Positions 29,096 to 38,151 of a stretch of 64,000 bases of DNA are shown here, piece after piece. The position numbers and the translations under genes are program-made. Source of the DNA: an uncultured Chloroflexia bacterium (GTDB taxonomy: Bacteria; Chloroflexota; Limnocylindria; Limnocylindrales; CSP1-4); the NCBI GenBank assembly GCA_963763775.1, contig CAVXPZ010000003.1:512001-576000 (forward strand), given 5' to 3'. The notes under the pieces were generated by a model, which made no database searches, had not been told where the DNA came from, and was given only the letters and a program-made list of their open reading frames with translations. Each line of letters starts with the position of its first letter. Position 1 is the stretch's first letter.

Positions 29096-30010
29096 ATGAG
29101 CGGCCGCGTCATCGTCGTGGGCTCGGTCAACCTGGACGAGGTCGTGACCGTCGCACGCCTGCCGGGCCCCGGCGAGACGGTCATCGGCGGGCGGTACGAG
29201 CGCCACCACGGCGGGAAGGGCGCGAACCAGGCGGTGGCCGCGGCCCGCCTCGGCGCCGAGGTGGCGTTCGTCGGTGCCGTCGGCGCGGATGCGTTCGGCG
29301 GCGAGGCCCGCGCGGCGCTGGCCGCCGAGGGCATCGACCTGTCCGGCCTCATCGAGTTGGCGGGCCAGTCGACGGGCGTGGCCGTGATCCTCGTCGACCG
29401 GGACGGCGAGAACCTCATCGCGGTCGCGAGCGGCGCGAATGCCGCGATGACGTCGGTGGCCGTCAGAGCGGCGCTCAAACGGCTGGCGCCGACGCCGGCG
29501 GACGTGATCCTCGTCGGCCACGAGATCCGCACCGGAGCCGCGCACGAGGCGCTTCGGCTCGGCCGGCTTGCCGGCGCGACGACGATCCTGAATCCCGCCC
29601 CGGCCGACGGATTGCCCCGGCCCACGCTGGACCTCGCGGACATCCTGACACCCAACCGCAGCGAGCTCGAGCGTCTCGGTGGTGCCGGCAAGCCGGCCGC
29701 GGCCGCGAAGTCGCTGTTGGGTCCGGGCGGGAAGCGAGCGGTCGTGGTGAGCCTCGGCGCGGAGGGGGCGTTGCTCGTCCAGGGGCGCCGGGCGACGCCG
29801 ATCCGGGCGCCGCACGTCGAGGCCGTCGACACGGTGGGAGCCGGCGACACGCTCAACGGCGCGCTCGCGACGGGGCTCGCCGCCGGGCTGGGCCTGGCGG
29901 AGGCCGTCGGCCGCGCCGTGGTCGCGGCGAGCCTCGCCGTCACGCGGCCCGGGGCTCGCGAAGGCATGCCCACCGCGGCCGCGCTCGAGGCCGCGCTCGC
30001 GCATCACTAG
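29096..30010 (+). CDS. rbsK: ribokinase (PfkB family)
   Basis: VVGSVNLD, GGKGANQAVAAARLG, DTVGAGD. Confidence 0.85.
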   Translation: MSGRVIVVGSVNLDEVVTVARLPGPGETVIGGRYERHHGGKGANQAVAAARLGAEVAFVGAVGADAFGGEARAALAAEGIDLSGLIELAGQSTGVAVILVDRDGENLIAVASGANAAMTSVAVRAALKRLAPTPADVILVGHEIRTGAAHEALRLGRLAGATTILNPAPADGLPRPTLDLADILTPNRSELERLGGAGKPAAAAKSLLGPGGKRAVVVSLGAEGALLVQGRRATPIRAPHVEAVDTVGAGDTLNGALATGLAAGLGLAEAVGRAVVAASLAVTRPGAREGMPTAAALEAALAHH

Positions 30011-30017
30011 GGCGTCG

Positions 30018-31047
30018 CTAGGTCTCGGCCGCGACCCAGGCCGTGGCGGCTCGGGCCGCCGACGTCATCTCGAGATCGCCCGCGTCGGTGACCCACCAGG
30101 CGGCGAACCCTCGCCGACGCGCGTCGTCCGTGATCCGCTGGTGCCCGCCGATGAACAGCGTCTTCGACCAGACCTCGGCCCAGGCGGGATCCGGACCGAG
30201 CACGGTCACGGCCCGGAGTCCGCCCTCGGCCGGTTCGCCGGTCCGCGGGATCGAGCAGGTGGTGGACCGCCCGGCCCTCGTGGACCCAGGAGCGGATGCG
30301 GACCGACGACGTCGCGACGGCGCCGGTGCCCACCGCGATCGCGGCCAGGGCCTCGCCGCCGGCCGGGTCCTCGATGCCCACGAGCCACGGCGCATCGCCC
30401 GGGCCAGGACCGCGGACGACGAGGTCGCCGCCGGCCTCGAGCAGGTAGGGGCCGATCCCGCGGGCCTCGGCACGGGCTGCGGCCCAGCGCAGGGCGAGCC
30501 CCTTCCCGATGCCGCCGAGGTCGACCGGCCGTTCCACGGTCATCCGCCCTCGACCGGCACGCCGCACGACGGGCCCGTCCGACGACGCGACGGCGGCGAC
30601 GGGTCCGGTCGTCGCGCCGTCCTCTGCCCGAGTCGGCGGTCCCAGCGCTGCGCCGGCGTATCCGAGCCGATCGAGCGCCCGCGCCAGGCGCGGATCGAAC
30701 CGCCCGCCGGTCACGCGATGGGCGCGGTCGGCCGCCACGAGGGCCCGCTCGAGTCGGCGCGGCACCGTGACGGGACGACCGGTGCCGGCCTCGCGGTCCA
30801 GGCGCATCAGGTCGCTGGTGTCGCGGAACCGCGACATGGCCTGCTCCGACGCCTCGAACTCGTCGATGACCTCCGCCCACGCACCTTCGGCCGCGCGGTC
30901 CGCGTCTCGGGCGCCGTCGTCGACGACGGTCAGCCGCAGCGGCGAGGCCATCGCGCGCGCCTCGAATCGGAAGACGCGCTCGCCCGTCCCGTCGGGCGCC
31001 GTCGCGGCACCGGCCTCGCGGCCGATGCCCGGTCCCAGCGCCGTCAG
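30018..31047 (-). CDS. apbE: FAD:protein FMN transferase (frameshift near 30243; start uncertain)
   Basis: SRFRDTSDL, TGGRFDP, DLGGIGKG, EAGGD, VATSS, HHLLDP(RTG). Confidence 0.85.
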
Positions 31048-31470
31048 CCGGACGCTCCCGTCGTCGCGTGGACGGTCCTGGTCCTCGTGACGGTCCGGGT
31101 CGTCGTCGACGCGTGGATCGTCGGGAGACTCACTCGGCCGGGCAGGGCGTTCGCGGCGCCGGTGACCTTCTGGACCTGCTTCCCGAACGCATCGAGCGAC
31201 GTCTCCATGTCGGCCAGCCGTGGGGCGAGCCGCGCATACCGCCCCGCGGCCGTGGCGTAGGTCCGGGTCGCGTCGTCGAGTCGAATCCTCGAGCTCGTCG
31301 TGGCCGCGCGCCATGACGTCGGCCGCGTGGTCGGCCGGCGCTCGCTCGGCGATGAGGCGCGCGTCGGTCGCGGACTGGAGCGCGGTGACCCCGGCGAGCG
31401 AGATCGCGTACACGCTCGCTGAGGCGCCCACGAGGACCGCGAGGTGGACGGGTCGACGCGAGTCGCTCAT
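31044..31470 (-). CDS. membrane-anchored helical protein with Thr-rich linker and C-terminal TGAS motif (frameshift near 31280)
   Basis: MSDSRRPVHLAVLVGASASVYAISLAGV TM; after a 1-nt correction ends ...STTTRTVTRTRTVHATTGASG*. Confidence 0.7.
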
Positions 31471-31946
31471 CCGCCGTCCTCCGGGCCTTCGCCGTCGTCG
31501 TCCCCATGATGCGTCGGGGCCGGCGTGCTGGTCACGGTCTTCGTCTTGACCACCGTGACCTGACGCTGCTGCGCGGTCTGCCTCGCCTTGGCGATGGATG
31601 CCTCGAGCTTGGCGAGCTTCGCCTTGGCCGCCTTGAGCTCCTTGGCCAGGGCCTTGGCATTCGCGGCATCCGCCACGATCCTGGCTTGCGCGGCCTCGAG
31701 CGCCGCGGTCATCTGGATCGACTGCTCCGCGAGCGACCGGAGCTGCGTGGACATGTCGACCGATCGACCCTGCTCGGCCTCCAGGCGGTCCTGGATCGAC
31801 GAGACGGCGACCGGGGCGACGGGCAGAGGGGCCGCGGCGGCGGTCCATGCCGCGGCGGCCTTGATCGATCCGAACCCGAGGACGAGCGCGGCGACGACGC
31901 CGACGGTCGTGAGCAGGCGTCGGAGTCGGAGGGACGTGATGTTCAT
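31467..31946 (-). CDS. membrane-anchored coiled-coil protein
   Basis: MNITSLRLRR + TM + heptad-rich region + acidic tail HHGDDDGEGPEDGG. Confidence 0.7.
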   Translation of the reverse strand: MNITSLRLRRLLTTVGVVAALVLGFGSIKAAAAWTAAAAPLPVAPVAVSSIQDRLEAEQGRSVDMSTQLRSLAEQSIQMTAALEAAQARIVADAANAKALAKELKAAKAKLAKLEASIAKARQTAQQRQVTVVKTKTVTSTPAPTHHGDDDGEGPEDGG

Positions 31947-32647
31947 CCCGCAGGGACCTCCTCTCGTGAAGTGGAGAACGTCGGCTTCTTCTTGCGGCTG
32001 GCCCAGTAGCGGTAGGCCCCGGCCGCGATGACGAACAGTCCGGCGCCGATGTAGATCGGCCCGAGCGAGCTTGTGTCGGTCCCGGCCAGCACCCCGTGCA
32101 TCCAGGCCATGGCCCAGATGACGAGGGCGAACCGGTGGATCGCCAGCCACATCCCGCGTGGTAGCAACTTCGTCCATCGCGCCGTCACCGCCGTGAAGAC
32201 GAAGGCGTAGAGCGCGAGCGTGCCGATGGCGACGGGCGAGCTGCGGTACTCCGACAGCCCCGGGATGAACGCGCCGCCGAGGCTGACCCCGGCCTTCGGG
32301 TCGACCACGAGGCTGACGATATGGGCGATGAGGAACGCCATCACGAAGACCCAGATGTGGTCGTGCCACGGGAAGATCCGCTTCGAGAGGTTCCAGGTCG
32401 AGCGGTTCGTCGGGTGGCTCAGCACGAGTCCGAGGACGATCTGGAAGGTGAGCAACAGGAACGCGACGATGCCCGTGGCGCGGGCGGCCAGCCAGAATCG
32501 CATCTCGGCCTGGCGCTCCGTGGTGGCCGGGACGATCTGGTCGGTCGCGTAGAGGAGGACCAGCCCGAGCAGCGCGATGACGATCGCCGTGCCGCGAACG
32601 GACAATCGGAAGGGCGGGCCGGTCCGTGCCGGGGTCGCAGTGGCCAT
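31943..32647 (-). CDS. ferric reductase-like transmembrane (MsrQ-like, heme b) protein
   Basis: W..ARATG, conserved His positions (WHDH, AHIV, IHRF, WMHG), AGTD. Confidence 0.82.
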   Translation of the reverse strand: MATATPARTGPPFRLSVRGTAIVIALLGLVLLYATDQIVPATTERQAEMRFWLAARATGIVAFLLLTFQIVLGLVLSHPTNRSTWNLSKRIFPWHDHIWVFVMAFLIAHIVSLVVDPKAGVSLGGAFIPGLSEYRSSPVAIGTLALYAFVFTAVTARWTKLLPRGMWLAIHRFALVIWAMAWMHGVLAGTDTSSLGPIYIGAGLFVIAAGAYRYWASRKKKPTFSTSREEVPAG

Positions 32648-32758
32648 GACGTTCTCCGAGCGGGTGTCGTCTACTCGGTTCGAGGCATCATCGAGCCGGA
32701 AGGTTTCGCGACGCGAGATAGGCGATGGTCCTGCGGCGCCTGCCGGACCTTCGGGGGA

Positions 32759-33511
32759 TCAGGGGGCGGCGACCCCGATGGCGCCCACGCCGACCGAGAA
32801 CGCGTAGATGGCGACGGCGCCACCGAGCGTCGCCAGGACGATCCAGCGGGACCGGTCGCGGCGATGCGCCTCGGGGAGCAATTCGGCCGCTCCCACGTAC
32901 AGGAAGAACCCGGCGAAGAACGCCAGGACCGCGCCGAGGGTGGTCTCCGGGATCGACACCACGAGCCCGACGAGCACCCCGGCGACCGGCGCGATCGCGA
33001 CGAGCGTGAGCCATCGATAGGCGGTCGAGGATGGGGCGCGGCTGGCCAACAGGAAGCTCACGACGCCGATGCCGTCGCTGAACCGGTGCACGATGACGAC
33101 GACGGCGATGACGATCGCGGTCCCTCCGCCGACCGCAAGGCCGGCGGCCAGCGCGACGCCGTCGAGGAAGCTGTGGATCCCCATCCCGACTGCTCCGGCC
33201 GTGCCGACGTGCACGTGCATCGCCTCGTCGTGGTCGAGCTCGGCGGCGGTCTCATGCCCGACGTGGAGGGTCGTGAGCTTCTCGATCGCATAGAACGACA
33301 GGAAACCGATCGCCGTCCAGAGCATCGCCGCGTCGAGCGAGCCGAGGTAGGCGACCGCTTCAGGGATCAGGTCGAAGAACGCCGCGCCGATCCGGATACC
33401 GGCGCCGACCGCGATGATGATCCCGACGTAGCGCACCGCACGGAGCGCGAACCAGCCCCCGAGGAATGCGGAGGCGAATGCGCCGAACGAGACGAGGAGC
33501 GCGGCGGGCAT
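32759..33511 (-). CDS. ZIP-family metal transporter
   Basis: FFDLIPEA, His-rich loop, IHSFLDG, VHRFSDG, ELLPEAH. Confidence 0.88.
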   Translation of the reverse strand: MPAALLVSFGAFASAFLGGWFALRAVRYVGIIIAVGAGIRIGAAFFDLIPEAVAYLGSLDAAMLWTAIGFLSFYAIEKLTTLHVGHETAAELDHDEAMHVHVGTAGAVGMGIHSFLDGVALAAGLAVGGGTAIVIAVVVIVHRFSDGIGVVSFLLASRAPSSTAYRWLTLVAIAPVAGVLVGLVVSIPETTLGAVLAFFAGFFLYVGAAELLPEAHRRDRSRWIVLATLGGAVAIYAFSVGVGAIGVAAP

Positions 33512-33945
33512 CAGTCGGCCCTCGCGGCCTGGCAGTCTGGACAGCGGCCGAAGACTTCGAGCCGATGGCCCTCGATCGCGTAGCCGGTCCGCCGCCCGAT
33601 CTCCCGGACCACCGCTCGAAGCCCGGCGTCGTCGATGTCGCGACTGCGGCCGCAGCCCGAGCACACGACGTGATGGTGATGCGCCGGCTGGCAGGCGAGA
33701 TAGGCATGCTCACCGCTCGGCAGGTCGATGCGCTCCACGAGATCCAGGTCCGCGAGGACGTCGAGCGTCCGGAAGATGGTCGCCCGGCCGACGCCGAGGC
33801 GCCGCGCCCGAGAGGCGGCCACCAGGTCCGCTGCCGAGAAGTGGCCGACCTGGTCGGCGATGAGGTCGGCGACGGCGCGGCGCGGCTCCGTCAGCCGGAA
33901 CCCGGCTTGGTCGAGGGCGGCGATGAGCGGCGCGGCATCGGTCAT
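33511..33945 (-). CDS. Fur-family regulator (Zur/Fur-like)
   Basis: RLTEPRRAV, RATIFRTL, HHHHVVCSGCG, GRCPDC. Confidence 0.92.
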   Translation of the reverse strand: MTDAAPLIAALDQAGFRLTEPRRAVADLIADQVGHFSAADLVAASRARRLGVGRATIFRTLDVLADLDLVERIDLPSGEHAYLACQPAHHHHVVCSGCGRSRDIDDAGLRAVVREIGRRTGYAIEGHRLEVFGRCPDCQAARAD

Positions 33946-33967
33946 GCGCGCCAACGTAGCACACTAC

Positions 33968-33986
33968 ATGAGACTCAGTCTCGATT
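33968..33986. promoter_or_regulatory. Fur-family operator-like palindrome ATGAGACT-C-AGTCTCGAT
   Basis: GAGACT/AGTCTC inverted repeat just upstream of the fur-zip operon. Confidence 0.65.
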
Positions 33987-34044
33987 GTCGCGACCGCTGG
34001 CGGACGGTCGCGACCACCCCGTCGAGACGCGACCGCCTCAGCGG

Positions 34045-35457
34045 CTAGTTCTTCGGATCGCCGTCACCGGCCTGCACCAACCCCAGGGCGCCGCGTCCGA
34101 CGAAGTTGAACGCGTGCGTGACGATCGGGTACAGCCCGTCCTCCTTGGTCGTGAACTCGACGATCGCGCCCTGGGCCGGCGACAGGTCCACGGCCTGCGA
34201 GCCCCAGGATCCCGGATTGCCCTTCTTGAGCTGGATCCCTTCCTTCGTCACGGTGTCGAAGATGGTTCCGACGATGTGGAACGAGCTGTCGATGTTCGGC
34301 CCCGCGTCGAGCACGAAGATCCGCACGCGTTCGCCGGTCCCGACCTTCAGCGGGGCGTCCTTGTACTGGTTGGCGACGCCGTTGAAGACCACGAAGTCGG
34401 GCGCCGGCGCAGCCGCGGAGGCCTTCTCGAGGCTCGTGATGTCGCCCTGGGGACCCAGGTACCACTCGCTCTGGACGAGGGCGAACTCCTTGTCCACCGC
34501 CGGAAGTCCGGCCTTCGGCTCGACGATCACCATCCCGTACATGCCGTTCGCGATGTGGTGGAGCGCCGGAGCCGTGCCGCAGTGGTACATCCACACCCCC
34601 GCGTACTCGGCGGTCCATTCGTAGAGCTTCTCCTCTCCCGGCTTGATCGAGGTCATCTCGTCGTTCCAGGCGACCTGGCTCGCATGGAAGTCCACCGAGT
34701 GGGACAGCTGGTTCGTGGCCGGGTTCTTGAGGTGGACGCGGATGGTGTCGCCCACTTTGACCCGGATCACGGGGCCCGGCACCGTCCCGCCGAACGTCCA
34801 GACGCTCTGCACGAACCCGGGGGCCACGGTCATCTTCGTCTCGGTCACGACGAGGTCGATGTCGTGGGTGTCCCCGGCGAGCCGTTTCGGCGCCGTGGCG
34901 TCGTAGGTCACGGGCGCCGGGGCGTTCGGATCGGCTGCGACGTCGCTCGTGGGCAGGGGTCCACCGTGCGAATCGGCGGCAGCGCCGGCCGACGGGCTTG
35001 CCGCCGCGACGGCGCCGGCGACGCTGATCGCCCCCTGCATGCCGGCCTGGGCGTGACCCGGGATCGAGCACAGGAACGTGACGCCGCCGTCCGGGACGTC
35101 GACCTCGACGGTCGCGGTGCCACCCGCAGGAGCCTGGGCGGTCTCGCCGGTCGGGAAGGTGATGTCATGCGGCACCTGGCCCGTGTTGGTCAGCGTCACG
35201 GCGTACCGCCCTGGCTTGTCGACGGTCACCTGGCTCGGGGTGAAGCCGAGGTCGAACGCCTTGACCTCGACCCGGCCGACCGGCGCGACGGCAGCGACGG
35301 CCGCGCCCGGCGGGGACGGGACAGCGGACGAGGCGGCCCCCGCGAGCGGGACCGGGGAGGCCGGCCCGTACGTCCAGTGGGCGGCCGTCGATCCGGCGCA
35401 GCCTGCGGTGACGAGGAAGAGTGCGACGAGCGCGAACAAGGCGAGCAGACGGCCCAT
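34045..35457 (-). CDS. nirK: copper nitrite reductase with extra N-terminal cupredoxin domain, lipoprotein
   Basis: LVTAGC lipobox; PHD..FLCSIPGHAQAGM cupredoxin; HSVDFH, YHCGT....HHIANGM, SSFHIVG, VTHAF. Confidence 0.82.
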   Translation of the reverse strand: MGRLLALFALVALFLVTAGCAGSTAAHWTYGPASPVPLAGAASSAVPSPPGAAVAAVAPVGRVEVKAFDLGFTPSQVTVDKPGRYAVTLTNTGQVPHDITFPTGETAQAPAGGTATVEVDVPDGGVTFLCSIPGHAQAGMQGAISVAGAVAAASPSAGAAADSHGGPLPTSDVAADPNAPAPVTYDATAPKRLAGDTHDIDLVVTETKMTVAPGFVQSVWTFGGTVPGPVIRVKVGDTIRVHLKNPATNQLSHSVDFHASQVAWNDEMTSIKPGEEKLYEWTAEYAGVWMYHCGTAPALHHIANGMYGMVIVEPKAGLPAVDKEFALVQSEWYLGPQGDITSLEKASAAAPAPDFVVFNGVANQYKDAPLKVGTGERVRIFVLDAGPNIDSSFHIVGTIFDTVTKEGIQLKKGNPGSWGSQAVDLSPAQGAIVEFTTKEDGLYPIVTHAFNFVGRGALGLVQAGDGDPKN

Positions 35458-35476
35458 GGTGGTCCTCCGGCGGTCT

Positions 35477-35511
35477 GACTAAACACGTACAGACCAAGTA
35501 CATGAATAGTC
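35477..35511. promoter_or_regulatory. imperfect inverted repeat, candidate Rrf2 operator
   Basis: GACTA-aa-CACGTAC-agaccaa-GTACATG-aa-TAGTC, AT-rich, directly upstream of the nirK RBS. Confidence 0.55.
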
Positions 35512-35574
35512 GACCGATGCCGGCCTCACGACATGGGCCATCCGGCCCGTCGCGGGTGGGCCGCGTGTCCCGCG

Positions 35575-35988
35575 TCAGTCTTGCGGGGCGGCGACCGCTG
35601 CGAGCGTGGTCCGGGCCAACCGCTCCTGGAGCGCACCGCGCGCCTCGCCGAAGGCGTCATGGACGGCGCAGCGGCCGTCACGCCCACACGGGATGCCGCG
35701 GAGGATGCATCGACGCTCGTCGTCGTCGGGCTCCGCCGCAGCGATGACGTCGAGCAGCGTGATCGCCTCGGCCGGACGGGCCAGGCGATACCCGCCCGAC
35801 CGTCCTGTCCTGGCCTCGACCAGGCCGGCGGCCCCCAGGTCGCGCATGACCCGCGGCAGGACCCGCTCGGGGATCGCCATCGTCGCGCTGATCTTCGAGA
35901 CGCTCAGCCACGGCCGGGGGTGGGCTTGTGCCAGGGCGAGCATGGCTCGCACCGCGTAGTCGCCCTGCCGGGTGAGCTCCAGTCGCAT
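35575..35988 (-). CDS. Rrf2-family regulator with three Cys (Fe-S type)
   Basis: MRLELTRQGDYAVRAML, GRSGGYRLARP..ITLLDVI, C-x6-C-x5-C. Confidence 0.9.
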   Translation of the reverse strand: MRLELTRQGDYAVRAMLALAQAHPRPWLSVSKISATMAIPERVLPRVMRDLGAAGLVEARTGRSGGYRLARPAEAITLLDVIAAAEPDDDERRCILRGIPCGRDGRCAVHDAFGEARGALQERLARTTLAAVAAPQD

Positions 35989-36093
35989 CGTCGCAGTATC
36001 GGGGAACCGCGCGCGAACGCACCGAACGTACGACCGCCGGTGGGACCATCGAGCCGGATGTCGAGGGCACCGCTCCATCCCACACTCCACCCG

Positions 36094-36894
36094 ATGGCCA
36101 CGAACATCCGCAGATTCAAGCTGCCGATGACTCGCCCGAAGATGCCGCAGATCGGCGCGATCGGCGAGCCGGACGCGCACGTCTTCAACTGCCCGAAGTG
36201 CGCCCGCCCGCTCACCGAGGGGACCCCGCGCTGTCCCGGGTGCGGCGTTCGGCTGATCATGGGCGTCGTCCTGCGTCGAGCCGGCACGCTGATGGTCTTC
36301 GGGTTCATCGTCGGCGCCCTCATCGGCGGTTCGGTGATGTCCCTCGTCATCTCGACGCTCGTCAACCCCGCCACGGCCGTGGCCACGGTCGACGCCGCGG
36401 ATGACCCGGCCGCGACCGACCCGAGCGGCGCGCCGGTGGCCTCGCAGGCTCCCGCGGCCGTCGGCCCGGCGATCCCGGCCCCGGCACTCTCGTCGCTCCG
36501 CCAGTCGACCCTCCTCGATGCCCGCATCGCGGCCGACGCCGACGCGCTCTCCGAGGCGTACCGGACGAAGGCCTCGGCCGTCGACATCGCCTTGATCCTG
36601 CGGTCCCTCGCCTCCGAGGCGAACATCGGTTCCGACCTCGCCCCGCAACTGCGCACCTGGGACGACGCGCACAAGCTCTCGATGGACCGCGGCGACTTCT
36701 ACGACGCCGTCGGCGGGATCGCCCGAGACGGGCTGCGGGCCTCGATGAGCGACAAGAAGGACTACCGCGCGACGGCCAAGACGATGCTGAGCGCGCTGCG
36801 ACGCCTCGTCACGCTCGACGCGGAGTCGCGGGCGCTCGCGACGACCGCGGGCGTCGACCTGCCACCCGTCGACCTCGGCAGCCTCGCGCCCTGA
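36094..36894 (+). CDS. zinc-ribbon plus single-TM protein, unknown function
   Basis: CPKC...CPGC, TM segment, helical C-terminal domain. Confidence 0.7.
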   Translation: MATNIRRFKLPMTRPKMPQIGAIGEPDAHVFNCPKCARPLTEGTPRCPGCGVRLIMGVVLRRAGTLMVFGFIVGALIGGSVMSLVISTLVNPATAVATVDAADDPAATDPSGAPVASQAPAAVGPAIPAPALSSLRQSTLLDARIAADADALSEAYRTKASAVDIALILRSLASEANIGSDLAPQLRTWDDAHKLSMDRGDFYDAVGGIARDGLRASMSDKKDYRATAKTMLSALRRLVTLDAESRALATTAGVDLPPVDLGSLAP

Positions 36895-36948
36895 CCGTCG
36901 CCTCAGGTCTGGCCTTCCGCCGCGGACGACCCGAGACGGCGCGCCGCG

Positions 36949-38151
36949 TCAGCGTTCCGGCGCGTACCCCGTGAGTTCGACGTAGGCCTGACCCGCCACC
37001 GGTCGTCCGTCGCGGGTCGCCTCGACCCGCTGCGAACCTTCCCAGTAGACGACGCCGGTCGTCGCCCGCGTGTCGAGCTCCTGGTCCGCGACGGTCGGCG
37101 AGAGGCGGACCTCCAGCGCCTCGCCCGGGATCGACACCGTCCATCCGGCCGGGTAGGTCGCCCCGGTGGCGGGGCTGGTCCAGTGGTCGGTCACCGTCAC
37201 CGTGAAGGCGTCGCGCGCGAGGTGCCGGGTCGTGCCATCCGGCCCGACGAGCGTGCCGTAGACCAGCGGGTACGTCCCGTCCGCATCGCGAACGAGGGAC
37301 AGCGTGAGATCGGTGCCATCGGCGAGGTTCACCGCGAACCAGTCCCAGCCGCCGCCGCCGATGGAGATGAAGTCGCCCCATTGATGGTCGAACCACGCGT
37401 CGCCCTCGACGTCGAACGTCCGACCATCGAGGGTGAGGCTGCCGGTCGCCGCCATGTCCGTCCGCGAGTAGTAGTACGAGCCGCCGGCGGTCCCGAAGTC
37501 GATCCAGCCGTCCGTGTCCTGCATGGCCGGGGGTTTCCGCGCCTCGAGCGCGAGGTCGAGGCCCATCCCTTCCGGCATGCCGGCCGTGGCCGCCTCGTCC
37601 GGGGCGAGGGTCGCCATCAGGTGATCGGTCCCGCCGCCGCCGGTCATCGTCCACGCCGGTCGGCCGAAGGTCGCCGGTCGAGATGGATCGATCCCGGAGA
37701 GCGAGAGGTCGAAGCCCGTCGGCGCCGCATCGGCATCGCGCGGCGAGCGGTCCACCTGGTCACCCACCTCGAGGCGCTGGCTGTAGACGAACCGGTGACC
37801 GGACTCGTCGGTGATCGCGAGATGCGAGGCCCATGAGGTGGGGAATGCCCCGCGCTCGGCTCGGAAGATGACGTACTCGAAGCCGTAGCGGGTGCCGTCC
37901 TTCGCCCGCAGGTGCCCGGTGTCGTACCACCACTCGGTCAGGCGATCGTGCGGCCCGTCGTCGCGCGGCAGGACGACGGGCGCCGGATCGGGCGCACGCG
38001 AGGGCGCGGCGGTCGGCGCCGCGATCGACGGCCGTGCCGCGGTCGGGTTCGCGAGGAGCGGGGCGCCGGCGGTCGTGGAGCAGGCGCCGACCGTTGCGGC
38101 AACGACGATGAGAGAGGCGACGGCCAGGCGGCCGCGAGATCGGGCGTTCAT
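36949..38151 (-). CDS. AttH/CrtC-like lipocalin-domain lipoprotein
   Basis: TVGAC lipobox; TEWWY, YYYS, WFDHQW, GWDWF, YWEG, YVELTGY. Confidence 0.88.
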   Translation of the reverse strand: MNARSRGRLAVASLIVVAATVGACSTTAGAPLLANPTAARPSIAAPTAAPSRAPDPAPVVLPRDDGPHDRLTEWWYDTGHLRAKDGTRYGFEYVIFRAERGAFPTSWASHLAITDESGHRFVYSQRLEVGDQVDRSPRDADAAPTGFDLSLSGIDPSRPATFGRPAWTMTGGGGTDHLMATLAPDEAATAGMPEGMGLDLALEARKPPAMQDTDGWIDFGTAGGSYYYSRTDMAATGSLTLDGRTFDVEGDAWFDHQWGDFISIGGGGWDWFAVNLADGTDLTLSLVRDADGTYPLVYGTLVGPDGTTRHLARDAFTVTVTDHWTSPATGATYPAGWTVSIPGEALEVRLSPTVADQELDTRATTGVVYWEGSQRVEATRDGRPVAGQAYVELTGYAPER

